A DNA stretch of 64,000 bases from Nitrosopumilaceae archaeon (GCA_965208905.1 OZ242365.1:1536001-1600000), one strand, 5' to 3'; shown: positions 31,003-42,164, numbered from the stretch's first letter. Notes: generated from the sequence alone by a model not told the origin. Numbers and translations: made by a program.

Positions 31003-34000
31003 ATTATGGCCGCCTCCCTACTCAGAGATAGAATATTTCGAAGATCGTTATTTGACATCTCTGTAAGCCAGCCCTCACCAGTGCCCACCACCTTGTCGGC
31101 AACAAGTTTTTTGGCCTCGATCATGTCATTTATCCTCTCTTCCAGCGTGCCCGCACACATCATTTTATGTACCTGGACGCTCCGTTTCTGGCCTATACGA
31201 AAGGCCCGGTCAGTTGCTTGATTCTCAACTGCAGGGTTCCACCAGCGATCAAAGTGAAATACGTGGTTGGCGGCAGTTAGGTTCAGTCCCGTCCCTCCAG
31301 CCTTCAACGACAGTATGAATATCGATGGACCGTCACCTCCCTGAAAATTATCCACCATCTCATCACGCTTGCTCTTTGGCACCGCACCATACAGAAACGG
31401 TACATCAACATTGAATATCTTTTTTAGATGACTCTGTAGCATCTTGCCCATCTCCGCATACTGGGTGAACACCAGCGCCCGCTCCCCTGCAGATATAACC
31501 TCATCCAGCATTCCAATCAGTCTGGCCAGCTTGCCTGAACGATCACCCATACTTGAGTTATCTCCCAGAAAGTGTGCGGGGTGATTACAGACCTGCTTGA
31601 GCCGGGTCAACGTACTCAGTATGATGCCCTTCCGTTGTATTCCTTCAGATGACGCAAGAGCCCTCTCCGTATCTTTTATAATCGACGCATACAATGATGC
31701 CTGCTCCTTTGTCAGTGGACAGAGTACATTCATCTCCATCTTTTCAGGCAAGTCCGATATTATACTCTTGTCGGTCTTTACTCTCCGAAGTATAAAGGGT
31801 CCGGTGGCCCGCTTGAGTCTGTCTGCTACCTCCTCATCATGTCTTGTCTGTACCGGAGTCATGTAATTACGCTGGAACTGTCCCTGTGTACCTAAAAAGC
31901 CGGGATTTAAAAAGTCCATTATAGACCACAAGTCGCCCAAATGGTTCTCCACAGGCGTTCCGGTCAGGGCAAACTTGTACTCTGCTGTCAGTGAGCGGGT
32001 GGCCTTGGACTGCTTGGCCTCGGGATTCTTTATATTTTGGGCCTCATCCAACACGACACCCTGCCAGTCTATCTCGGAGAGAAGTTTCAGATCCCGCTGT
32101 AGCAGACCATAACTTGTTATAACGATGGCATGTCGTTGGGCAGCATCTTGGAATTTGTGGGATTTTAGCCTGTCTGAACCATGGTGTATCATAACCGGCA
32201 AGTTGTGAGTAAATCGGGCCGCCTCCCTCTGCCAGTTATTCATGACTGATGTGGGGCATACCAGCAGTGTAGGCCGTTGGCTCTTTGGCCAGTCGTGTTG
32301 TATTAACGCCAGCATCTGTACTGTCTTGCCCAGGCCCATATCATCTGCCAGACATCCTCCAAGCCCCCACTGACTCAAAAAGACCAGCCACGAGTATCCC
32401 CGTACTTGGTAGGGCCTCAGTGTTCCGGTGAATCCTTCTGGTTGTTCCAGTTCTTCAAACTCGGCCTGCCCCTCTATCTTTTGTAGTACATCGGTCATGT
32501 GTCCGGCGGTCTGTACACCACCAAACTCCAACTCCTGCGGCAGGTCTGCCATGCCCAGTGTAGTCTTTATGACATCCCGAAATGTCATTCTTTTGGGCCC
32601 CTTCTTTAGAAACTTCACCGCAGACTTTATCTCGGATTTATTTACAGCCACCCATCTTCCACGCACCCGTACCAGAGGCTCCTTTATCCTGGCAAGATCC
32701 TCCAACTCCTGTAGCGTGACCTTTTGGTCTCCTAATGCCGCCTCCCAATCAAATGACACTATGGTATCCAATGAGAGCATGCCTGTAGATGAGTTAAATC
32801 CCTTGTCTGTCTGGCCTACAATACGGGGTTTAGAGCCCTTACGGCTCCACCAAGACGGAAGCAATACCGCATAACCGGCATCCCGTAACGTTTCAGCATC
32901 ATCATTTAGGAATTTGAATGCACCATCCATGTCGGTTATATATCCAGTGATGTCATTCTGGTCTAAACCATCACGTACACTCGAGGATATCTTTGCGGTT
33001 CGACTCAGTGATAGTATGAGATACTCTTTTAGCTCGTCCACCTTTAATCCCGGCATTTCATCATTCGCCCATAGATGATCTGGAGTAACCATCAGGCTGG
33101 GATCATCTTTGTTTTGTAAAAGAAAGGTTACACGCCAGTCCGAGTCGTCTGTGGGCTCTTCTAATCTAAAGCAGAGTCTAAAGTCGGAGTAGAACTGCAT
33201 ATCCAGTGGATGAAACCACCTGCGTACGTCTGCTACAAAACTTTGTATGTCGTCTAATTTTGGGTACGCGTCTCCCAGTGTCTTTAGTGCATATATCCAC
33301 ATATCGTGTGGGGAGCTGAACTGTTTGCGTATACTGCGTCTAGGCGTATTGTTGCCGGATGCGGCCGTCCGTACAATATAATCCAGCATGATTGCCACCA
33401 TCCTTTGAAGTATATCTGCAGGGCTGCTACTAGGCATACTCTGTCCTGACACGGTGAGGGCTCTTGCCACAAGCGGCATCTGGTTTTGTAGATCCTGTAT
33501 TCGCTGATGGACGTCATCAGAGTACGTCATATTCCATACTGCCGCATATGCATCGCCAGCATCTATCAGGTCCGGCAGATACTGCTGCCTCACCACCTGA
33601 AAACTTGCCAGCTTTAGTACATCTACCCAGTACTTTATGTCCGCACCTATGACAATATCGCTCTTTAGAGTATCCTTTCCCATACATGCAGAGAGTATGC
33701 TTATCGTATCTGTTGTTGAGAGTGGAATGGCTGTAATCTGCCAGGGGGATATCTCCATCTTGTCATCTGTCTGTGTGGTTGTAGATGGTATGGGTCCGAG
33801 TCTGTTTGTGGGCAGCCAGGCAGTTATTGTGGTGTCGTTGAGTTTTAACTTTGTACCCCTTACGGCCTTGCTTATATCTTGTAATGTGGCACCGAACACA
33901 CCTGTCTGTTTTGGTAGAAGGCTACTCTCTGTGTTCTCCCCCCACAGATACAGTCTACCATCACAGTACCCGATATGAAGAATAATCATTACAAACTTGT

Positions 34001-34016
34001 GAAAAAATAAACTCAT
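30999..34016 (-). CDS. SNF2-family helicase (DUF3670-type)
   Basis: LADDMGLGKT, LDEAQNIKN, ALTGTPVEN, SLKAGGTGLNL and WWNPAVENQATDRAFRIGQ motifs. Confidence 0.95.
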   Translation of the reverse strand: MSLFFHKFVMIILHIGYCDGRLYLWGENTESSLLPKQTGVFGATLQDISKAVRGTKLKLNDTTITAWLPTNRLGPIPSTTTQTDDKMEISPWQITAIPLSTTDTISILSACMGKDTLKSDIVIGADIKYWVDVLKLASFQVVRQQYLPDLIDAGDAYAAVWNMTYSDDVHQRIQDLQNQMPLVARALTVSGQSMPSSSPADILQRMVAIMLDYIVRTAASGNNTPRRSIRKQFSSPHDMWIYALKTLGDAYPKLDDIQSFVADVRRWFHPLDMQFYSDFRLCFRLEEPTDDSDWRVTFLLQNKDDPSLMVTPDHLWANDEMPGLKVDELKEYLILSLSRTAKISSSVRDGLDQNDITGYITDMDGAFKFLNDDAETLRDAGYAVLLPSWWSRKGSKPRIVGQTDKGFNSSTGMLSLDTIVSFDWEAALGDQKVTLQELEDLARIKEPLVRVRGRWVAVNKSEIKSAVKFLKKGPKRMTFRDVIKTTLGMADLPQELEFGGVQTAGHMTDVLQKIEGQAEFEELEQPEGFTGTLRPYQVRGYSWLVFLSQWGLGGCLADDMGLGKTVQMLALIQHDWPKSQRPTLLVCPTSVMNNWQREAARFTHNLPVMIHHGSDRLKSHKFQDAAQRHAIVITSYGLLQRDLKLLSEIDWQGVVLDEAQNIKNPEAKQSKATRSLTAEYKFALTGTPVENHLGDLWSIMDFLNPGFLGTQGQFQRNYMTPVQTRHDEEVADRLKRATGPFILRRVKTDKSIISDLPEKMEMNVLCPLTKEQASLYASIIKDTERALASSEGIQRKGIILSTLTRLKQVCNHPAHFLGDNSSMGDRSGKLARLIGMLDEVISAGERALVFTQYAEMGKMLQSHLKKIFNVDVPFLYGAVPKSKRDEMVDNFQGGDGPSIFILSLKAGGTGLNLTAANHVFHFDRWWNPAVENQATDRAFRIGQKRSVQVHKMMCAGTLEERINDMIEAKKLVADKVVGTGEGWLTEMSNNDLRNILSLSREAAII

Positions 34017-34297
34017 ATAAATACCACTTCTATACGCAACTTTCTGTCATAACTATTCCCGAATATCGCTACATTGATCAAAACACCTATAGCTCCCATC
34101 ATTAAGCCATCTAGTTATGGTAAAAACTGACAACCATACAGTACATCAAGTGTGGCGCAGACATGTCGTACAGTAGAGGTTATGCGTAATCGAAAAATCT
34201 GACTATTATAATTTTTAAAATTGTATATATATGTCGGATCATGTATATTGTATAGACTGTACAGTACATTATACCAAAGTATCAGGGAACCAAGCAT

Positions 34298-35603
34298 GTG
34301 ACCCGCACACTAACGTATCGTCTCAAGACTAGCACCCGGCTGACTGCATACTTTGATTCGATGGAGTCCGAGTCTCATGTATGGTTGAACGCCGGTCTGC
34401 AGGCCAGAAACATTGGGGCGACGTTCATTGACTGCGCAAAGGTCGTAACGCTTGTATCTACTATACCACAAGCATTCGCGTACGGGGCGATACAGGTCGG
34501 CAGAAAGATGCAGGGCAGCTGTACATCGTGCGGCTCACCTGAAGATGTGTGCAAGTGCAAGACACCAGACGTACAACACAAGAGGGTTGTACCGTATGGC
34601 AACCATACATATCCATTGTATAGCGCCAGGCCGCTGGGAAAAAAGTCCACCGGCAATGTGGTCTACTTTCCGTGTTGCAGTGTTCCATTCTACTTGCAGA
34701 AAGGCGAGCTGCCCAAAGACTCCCAGTCGTACAAGATAGTAGACGTTACAAACCACTCTGATAAGGAACGGCAGTTCGAGCTACATGTGACAGTTCGTGA
34801 GCATATACCGGACCGCGTATGTACCGGTGTGTTCGCCGGAGTAGACATGGGTGGGCACCATACCATGGTAGTTGCCAAGTCCGATGGAACCGCAAATGTA
34901 TTGTCATTACGCGAAAAGATCACACTACACAAGATACGCGGGCTGCACCAGCGCATGTCGCGCTGCACAGCAGGTTCGCGGAAATATGTCAATCTCAAAA
35001 AACAGTTAAACGCCATATACAGAAAGATGAAGAATCGTCAGCGCGACAGACTCAGAAAGTTCGCCAAAAAACTATTCGAGCAGTGTGACAAGATAATCTT
35101 TGAGGGGATGGGGCTTGATACCCTGACGCGCGCCGGCCCGGGACAGACAGAGAAGAACAAAAAGATGCGACAGTCAAAGTGCGGCGAGGCACGGAATTAC
35201 ATGGCGTATGGCTCCACACGACACAACGTCGAATATGCAGAGGTCAACCCCCGCAACACCTCAAAGATGTGCTTTATGTGCTGCAGATATAACACATTGC
35301 GCGAAGGCCGGAAATTAACCTGTCATGAACAGTCGTAAAACAATACACGCGGATGTAAACGCAGCATTCAATATACTATACACTTTTGCAATCGTCTGGT
35401 GGTCTGCGCGGATTCGCGCCGTGCAGAAACTCCAGCGCGAGGTCAGACTGGCCTCGAGAGGGCAGATACATCTTGACACGGGTATGACTCCCCCCGTGGT
35501 TGGAGCAACCCTTCCCGGTACGCGGAAGGCTCAATGTATACCTCTGGATGGTGGAAACACCAACAGCGTGTTATGTGTTTCAGATCGCTTGAAAGTGGTT
35601 TGA
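34298..35603 (+). pseudogene. tnpB: TnpB, split by the same frameshift as copy 1
   Basis: ..ACC TGT CAT GAA C AGT CGT AAA ACA ATA CAC GCG GAT..: one extra base near 35330. Confidence 0.9.
35461..35600 (+). ncRNA. Putative omega/reRNA scaffold of TnpB
   Basis: Consecutive hairpins CACGGG/CCCGTG (35477-35498), GGTTG/CAACC (35498-35510), CCTTCC/GGAAGG (35510-35529) and TGGTG-GAAA-CACCA (35549-35562) lie downstream of RuvC-III. Mirror copy at ~25209-25348. Confidence 0.6.
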
Positions 35604-35621
35604 TTACGCATAAACTCTAGT

Positions 35622-35893
35622 ATAACCCCGAGTGAAAGTGTGATGTCAACTGTGCCAACAAGGGAAAGGTGGGTGCTCCGTATCAATATTCGGAGACATT
35701 GATTATGCTGACCGCTGCTCTCAGGGTCGGGATTGGAGTCCGGAATATGCAACTTGAAGGCATAGTCGGAAAGATGATTGGAGAATCCAATACGCCTTCC
35801 TTTAGCCATATACGCAAGCGGATAGGCAAGATCTATGTGAATAGAAATCAGAATGAAGTAATAACAGTGTCAAACATGGAGTGGGTCTGGTGA
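35622..35893 (+). pseudogene. IS5-family transposase N-terminal fragment
   Basis: GKVGAPYQYSETLI..R..QLEG..PSFSHIRKRI motif. Confidence 0.7.
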
Positions 35894-35899
35894 CACGTT

Positions 35900-37990
35900 T
35901 CTGGGTGTAGTGGCATGATGCCATGATGGACCGCTTGGTAGGGACCGTCTCCCTTCCTCCCCGGCGCCTAATACCCCTGCGGAATACAGGCGAGTCGCCA
36001 GGGTGGCTGCGACGACTGCCACTACCACACAGCCCCCCACCTGGCGGCGGTTGCCCGTACTAGGGGACAATAGGATCCGATAGTCTGTCAGGCGAAGGGT
36101 GGCTTCCGTGCGGTTTTTGTCAAAGTCCCATAATTTCAGTGTGGTCAGCCGTACAGAGCGAACTGGCAGTGGTGTATGACATGTGAATAGACGCGCGATT
36201 GTCTGGGAATATGGCTAGGGGCAGACGGCGCGCCATCACGCACACTAGATATTCTGGGCCTCACGCAGCGATTATACCGGTCATTCTAACTGGCCGCACC
36301 TCTCCGGTCTCAACCAGCCAGATGACGGCCTCTTCTATATCCTCTATAGTGGCAAAGTATCTGCAGGCCAGTCGCTCTTTGATCACCTTCCACTGGACCT
36401 CAATCGAGTTCAGTTGGGACGTGTAAGGCGGGAGATGTATTAGTACTACATCCCCGTTGGTCGACGCCAGATAGTTCTGTACGTATCGCGACCTATGGTA
36501 CGAGGCGTTGTCCATGATGAATGTCACCTTGCCATACTCCTGGCGCAGTGCCTCCAAAAAGATCTTGAATGTTGTCGAGTTTGCCGCTCCTGCGGGCATA
36601 ATGTGCAGTCTGTCCCGGCCCAAGACACCAAACACTTTGATCGACTTTTTGGAGAATCCTATCTTGACGGTTGAGCTGACCCCGCGCGGCATCCATCCCC
36701 GGGCCGATACTGCCGCCAGCCTGAGAGTCATCTCGTCCTGATACAAGACTACATGTCCGGCGGCGACCTGCTGGTCAACTATACACTGAGTCTTCTTGCT
36801 GAACTCGGCCTGCTCCTGTTCCGATGCGGAGTTGTGCGGGAATGGTCTTCGGCTTTCTGAACGATATGCCTGCGCGTCGCAGTGTCCGTCTCAGCGTTCT
36901 GGGATGTATATTTATGCCCATTCTGTCGCGGATCATACTGATGATCATCGACGTCTGCCAGATACCGGACTCAAAATTGTAATCCTGAGGAGATCCGCAC
37001 ACCCATTCCAGGATTAAACGGTAGGTATCCTCGTCCAGAATCCTCTTCCTGTTGGGGGATGCCCTGTCTATCCTGCCGTCCAGTCCGCGCTCGTGCATGC
37101 GTAGCAGCCAGCCGTAGACGGTGGCGTACGGCCGGCCCATCTCCTTGGCTATGCCGCTGATGCTTCCGTACCTCTTCCTTTTGAGGGCGGCCGTCAGTAT
37201 GAGTAGTTCTTTGGGGATCTTCTTGCAGCTGGGGATGGCTGCAATCATCGATTCCAGTTCTGCTTCTGGAACGTCCGGGAGGTATTCGTCTCCGACGGGA
37301 ATCTTTTCTGGTTTACTTTGTGCCATATAGGTACGGGAATGTATACATGATCTTAATGTTTCGGTCGGTCACATCGCGGATCATCTCATATGGGACAAAT
37401 TCGTCGATTCAGGTTATTACACTCAAAATCTATCGGATCCTATTGTCCGCTAGTACCCGTTCTTTCTTGATAAACTTCCTCTGCTCTTCGGGTGTGGCGC
37501 TGTTGTACGAGGCGGGTCGTAGTTGTCTGATCGAAAATTCCAGTTGGTGAGCCAGTTGGATTGCCGACCTGTTGCTGTACTGTACGCCGAACCGTTCCAG
37601 TATGTGCCTGGCAAGTATCTTGGCATTACAACTACCACACTCAAAGCCGCTGTCGCGTGGCCGTCCAGTCAAGATCCACCTTGTTGGTACGCTCCTGTTC
37701 TGTGTTCAGCAGCCGTGGTATGCCCGGACTTTTGGTATCGTGCCTGCTCTTGAGGCCTTCGCGTTTTATCCTGTATAGTCACCGGTGGACGGTGCTAATC
37801 CCCCACCTTATAGTGCGGGCCATCTCTTTGAGCATCCTGTCGCGCTTTCTGAGCACGGCGGTCTGTAGTCTGTTTCTGGACTTGTCGGGATATTCGCGCC
37901 TGTACGTCTCTTCCAGTTTAGACAACTGCACGCCGGGCAGGTACTCTTCTCCCCTCTTTACCTATGTCTTTGGTATAGGGGTCTGGGGGT
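35900..37990 (-). pseudogene. Older IS630-type transposase interrupted by the IS630 at 36061..37452
   Basis: 37453-37990 encodes an HTH/RP.SYNSATPEEQRKF segment. The continuation (VVVAV.AATL) lies at 35900-36060. Confidence 0.7.
36061..37452 (-). mobile_element. IS630-family element
   Basis: TIR TAG(G/C)GGACAATAGGATCCGATAG with TA duplication. ORFs 36775..37326 (HTH) and 36261..36746 (QDE, MDNASYH, LPPYT..LN.IE). Confidence 0.93.
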
Positions 37991-38219
37991 GGCAGGGAGA
38001 TCTGCATGTTTCGGTTCGTCACGTGGTTTTCCATTCTTTTTGACGAGTACTGTGCATGGCAAATTCAACACGACTCTTGGGCCCAACAGGGCAGATAGAA
38101 TGCTCAATCTAATAATGCCCATACACAGTATCTGTTATCAATTATGTAAGTGCATACAATATTATGATCGTAACATTACTTCCTAGCCACACCATCACAT
38201 CAAGACGTCCCGCAACGTG

Positions 38220-40667
38220 TCAGGACTGTGGTGTGTCAGATGCATAATAACCCGACGCAAAGATGAGTCCATCATGCATTGTAAGCCAAGTCCGCTTCTG
38301 CTCCATCTGGCCAGTACTGGGATTTATAAATTCATACTCTGCCCACTTGCCACGTTGCGCCTCCAACTCGTCTGTCTGGCTCACTGATGCATTGTGCTGG
38401 AGTATGACCTGCCACTCGGATATGTCTCCGATGGTGCCGGGGTCTACGCTCTGTGCCTCTACCACACCGGTATGGGGATCAATCACAAACAGGTAGGTGG
38501 AAACGACCTCATGCATTGCATTAGTGTTGGCAAGAAACGCGTCCTTGCCGTCTCTTATGTATTCCAGAACTCCCTTGTGGGCTATGGTCTGTATCTGAGC
38601 GTCAAAGACATAATAACCAGACGCAAATATTAGCCCGTCTCGCATATACATATAGGTGCGTTTGGGTTGTTTTGTATCGGTGCCCGGATTTGTAAAGGTG
38701 TACTCTGTCCAGGTACTTCCGTTCCTTTCCAGATCATCCAGTATGTCCTCTATCGGCCTGTCACCTGTATTCAGTATTGAGTAGGGTATGTGTCCGATCC
38801 TGTCGGGAATCGCCCCGTGGGCCACCGTCTCCAGAGTGGTTCTGTTCAGGACAAACGGGTAGAGTTCATTTGTTGCCACCAATTCTTTCGGGGTGATTAT
38901 GTCTGCCCACGAGTTGTTCTCCTTATTGGATTCGTAGATGAACACTGCATAGTCCACCACACTCTGAACATCGCTGTCGGCAACCGTATAGGATGTTCCG
39001 AATAGATATCCACCGTGAGAGGTATACCAGGTGCGCTTGATCTGCTGCGTCCCAGTTGATGGATCATTAATTACTAAATGGCGCCACGTATTCCCGCCCC
39101 GGTGTTCAAGAGTCTCTGATGTGGCATGCAACGGCACGCCTGTTATTGTGGGTTGCGTTCCTATTAGATGGTGGTTTTTGCCAATTGATATCACATAGCT
39201 GGTTGAGTTTCTAACGAATGGGTAAAGACTGCCCTCATTAAGATCTCCAGATGTAATAGTATCAAAAGCGTCTGCGCCGTGCGACCTGTAGGCATAGATT
39301 GCCTTGTCAGCCATCGATTGGGCTCGAGAGTCTGGCAGGTGGTATCCGGCGCCAAATATGTATCCGTCGTATAGGCTAATGTAGGTGCGTGTCAGCTGGA
39401 GCGTGCGTGTGTCTACGTTCACCGACATGTAGGCTATCCATGTACTCCCGTCCCGAACCAAATCCTCGCGTATGCGTTCTATGCTTCTATCTGCAGCCAC
39501 AAGAAAATCTGCAGTGTCACCTACTAGATTCTGGCGTGCTCCGTGCGCTACGATCTCCAGACTGGTCGCATTTATAACAAACGGATAGTATGACACAAGC
39601 GGGCGCGCTATCTCCGGCGTAATCATATCAAAGGCGCTTGTACCGCGTGACTTGTACAAGTGAAGTGCCTCTTCAACATGTGATTGAACCCTAGAGTCGG
39701 GCAGGTAGTATCCGGAGCCAAATATGTATTCGTCATGCGAATACAGCCACGTACGCTTGAGCTGTCTGGTGTCTGTATCTGGATTTGTAAATATGTACTC
39801 CACCCACGTGTCGCCGTCCCTTTCCAGATCATCCAATATGTCCTCTATCGGCCTGTCGCCTGTATTCAGTATTGAGTAGGGTATGTGTCCGATCCTGTCG
39901 GGAATCGCCCCGTGGGCCACCGTCATTAAAGTGGATTCAACAAATATGAATGGATATGGTTCTGCTGTGCGAAGTATGTCTTGTGGCGTTATTATCTCAA
40001 AGGCACCATGACCTTCCGTATTAAAGAGGCGGACGGCTTCATCTACCGCATACTTTACTCGGGATTCTTGCAGGTAGTGGCCGGCGCCAAATATGTATCC
40101 ATCATGCGAGTACAGAAATGCACGTTTGAGCTGAATCGTTCCCGTATCTGGGTTTGTGGCCATGTATTCCACCCATGTACCCCCATCCCGTGTCAGGTCT
40201 GCAAGGATGTGATACGTCGGCCTGTCCGCATTTATAATGTCGTCTGGGATAATTCCAGACAGGTTTGAGAATGCGCCATTCGCCACAGTCTCAAAGGTAG
40301 TGCCGTTGAGGACGAATGGGTAGATTGTGTCATCATAAGTACTTTCAGTTGGCGTAATGCTGTCAAACGCGCCTGTGCCATCCATTTGATACAACAGTAA
40401 TGCATCTAGTATCACCACATGTACACGTGATTCCACACTATCCTGATCATATCTGGAATGTGTGGGTATCACCTCCATGGCCTCCATGTCATTCATGACA
40501 TCGTCTGCCCCAAACCCAAGCGGCATCTCTGCCAGCCAGCCAACCACAGCCACAACTGAAACCGCTACAAGCATCCAACATACATCTCTGGATATATTCA
40601 CAATATTGGTAAGATGTGGTGATATATAATTGAATATACAACCAGCTAACCCAAAAGTGATCTGCAA
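38220..40667 (-). CDS. Secreted/anchored protein with six tandem single-Cache-like domains
   Basis: Six ~120-aa repeats YPFV..VAHG..W.EY.F.NP.T..Q.KR..G.IF.SGYY after an N-terminal hydrophobic segment. Confidence 0.85.
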   Translation of the reverse strand: MQITFGLAGCIFNYISPHLTNIVNISRDVCWMLVAVSVVAVVGWLAEMPLGFGADDVMNDMEAMEVIPTHSRYDQDSVESRVHVVILDALLLYQMDGTGAFDSITPTESTYDDTIYPFVLNGTTFETVANGAFSNLSGIIPDDIINADRPTYHILADLTRDGGTWVEYMATNPDTGTIQLKRAFLYSHDGYIFGAGHYLQESRVKYAVDEAVRLFNTEGHGAFEIITPQDILRTAEPYPFIFVESTLMTVAHGAIPDRIGHIPYSILNTGDRPIEDILDDLERDGDTWVEYIFTNPDTDTRQLKRTWLYSHDEYIFGSGYYLPDSRVQSHVEEALHLYKSRGTSAFDMITPEIARPLVSYYPFVINATSLEIVAHGARQNLVGDTADFLVAADRSIERIREDLVRDGSTWIAYMSVNVDTRTLQLTRTYISLYDGYIFGAGYHLPDSRAQSMADKAIYAYRSHGADAFDTITSGDLNEGSLYPFVRNSTSYVISIGKNHHLIGTQPTITGVPLHATSETLEHRGGNTWRHLVINDPSTGTQQIKRTWYTSHGGYLFGTSYTVADSDVQSVVDYAVFIYESNKENNSWADIITPKELVATNELYPFVLNRTTLETVAHGAIPDRIGHIPYSILNTGDRPIEDILDDLERNGSTWTEYTFTNPGTDTKQPKRTYMYMRDGLIFASGYYVFDAQIQTIAHKGVLEYIRDGKDAFLANTNAMHEVVSTYLFVIDPHTGVVEAQSVDPGTIGDISEWQVILQHNASVSQTDELEAQRGKWAEYEFINPSTGQMEQKRTWLTMHDGLIFASGYYASDTPQS

Positions 40668-40803
40668 ATCAAAGGCAGGTTCGTTAAATTGGTCTACGGG
40701 AGTACGCCAGTTTGTTGCATATGCCTACACATCTCGTGTTTTAGTATACACGTGTCAGTACTTGATGCTCCAACCCATGCGCAGACTCCCTTGAATGTAC
40801 ATT

Positions 40804-41562
40804 CTAAACTACATGGACTAGGAAGGGATTCGTGGACCTATCCTCTATAAGGGACCTCAGCGGGTATTCGGCGCGGTTAAATATACCTGCGGCCTTCTTC
40901 CTACTTGGCTTGTCCTCGCTGACGGCGCCCATACGTTGCTTGATGTTGGGCATCATGTTCATGCAGAATACCTCTTCAAAATTGTAATCCGCATCGTATC
41001 CACGATCCGCATTAAATATGTGCCCATTAAAATCAAACCCCTGATTTTTGATGTTATTCAGCATGTCCGGCAGTTTTAGACAGTCGTTTATGTTGCCGGG
41101 TGTGCTCACTGCCGATAGCACAATTTGAAGTCCCACAATGGCCGTAATGTGGTATTTCCAGTACTCTTTTTGGCGTGTCTGCATGGTTTTGCCCGTAACC
41201 TTGTCCTCTTTTTCGACATTTTTGTATCGGGTGGTCTCCACACCGCTGCTGTCTGCCGCCAGCGGCCCGCTCGCCCCGTCTGCGGCCCTGATGCAGCGGC
41301 GGGCCGTCTCTGCCAATATATAATCCATCCAGTCTTCGGGTATGGTGTATAGATGTCTGCACAGCCAGCTGTGGTCCGGAGCGGGTTCATCGCTCCACGG
41401 CGTATTCATGGTGCGCAAATCTGATTCCGCATTGCGGCAGGTGTCGTTGCTGGCCATCATGTATAGACAGGCAAAGTCCATCTTATCCTTGGAGTGTATG
41501 GGCGGACGACCTCTTGTTGGTTTTGTGCGCGGACAGGGGTTCTTTGTGATTACGTCAATCAA
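40804..41562 (-). pseudogene. IS5-family (DDE_Tnp_1) transposase, truncated
   Basis: GRPP, PDHSWL, ADSSG, KYHI and ADRGYD motifs. Breaks off after RSLIE. Confidence 0.82.
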
Positions 41563-41774
41563 CGTTTTTTGGAGGTGGACTGTCTCAACGGTCTTTGCCA
41601 GTTCATAATACTGCCAGTACCCTTCGCGCCTAATATGTTGACTTATACATGTGTATGGGGATGCCGATCTTTAAAACTTTCCTACGATCAAAAGTGTATA
41701 CAAACGATCAAACGCCCTAAATTTAGCCGGGCGCGATATGCCGTGCGGCCATACAAGGTTGTCGGCACAAGAGT

Positions 41775-42164
41775 TCACACATTACACATCTTAAGGCATA
41801 CCTGACTCGAATTACGCACCAACCTCGGTTTCTCTACCACGCCCTGAGTGTTACGGTAGGGCATTAGATAGGGTATGTTCAACTTATTCAAGTTTGATAT
41901 GGTCTCAGCCGAAAAGAACTCACGATCAAACAGACATAGTTTGATCATTATGCCATAATTTAGACACTCTTGTATTATGACACGCACCATGTCTGGAACT
42001 GATGCCAGAGCCTGTACCGGCAGGCATCCCAGATTGAGACGAATACTATCATTGACGCATTGTATTGTTATGTATCGCTCAAAATATTTGGTCCCATTCT
42101 TGTATCTGTATATTGTCAACTCCTCTCCCCGTGTACGGTCGTATCTTGGGTAGAGATGCCACAT
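41775..42164 (-). pseudogene. ISH3/IS4-like transposase fragment
   Basis: K.GT.YF..YIT and LCLFDREFFS..YLMP motifs. Confidence 0.7.

Larger units (their letters stand above)
34175..35618 (+). mobile_element. 1444-bp TIR-bounded element carrying tnpB (copy 2, inverted)
   Basis: Same TIRs, AGT flanks, length and translations as copy 1. Confidence 0.92.
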
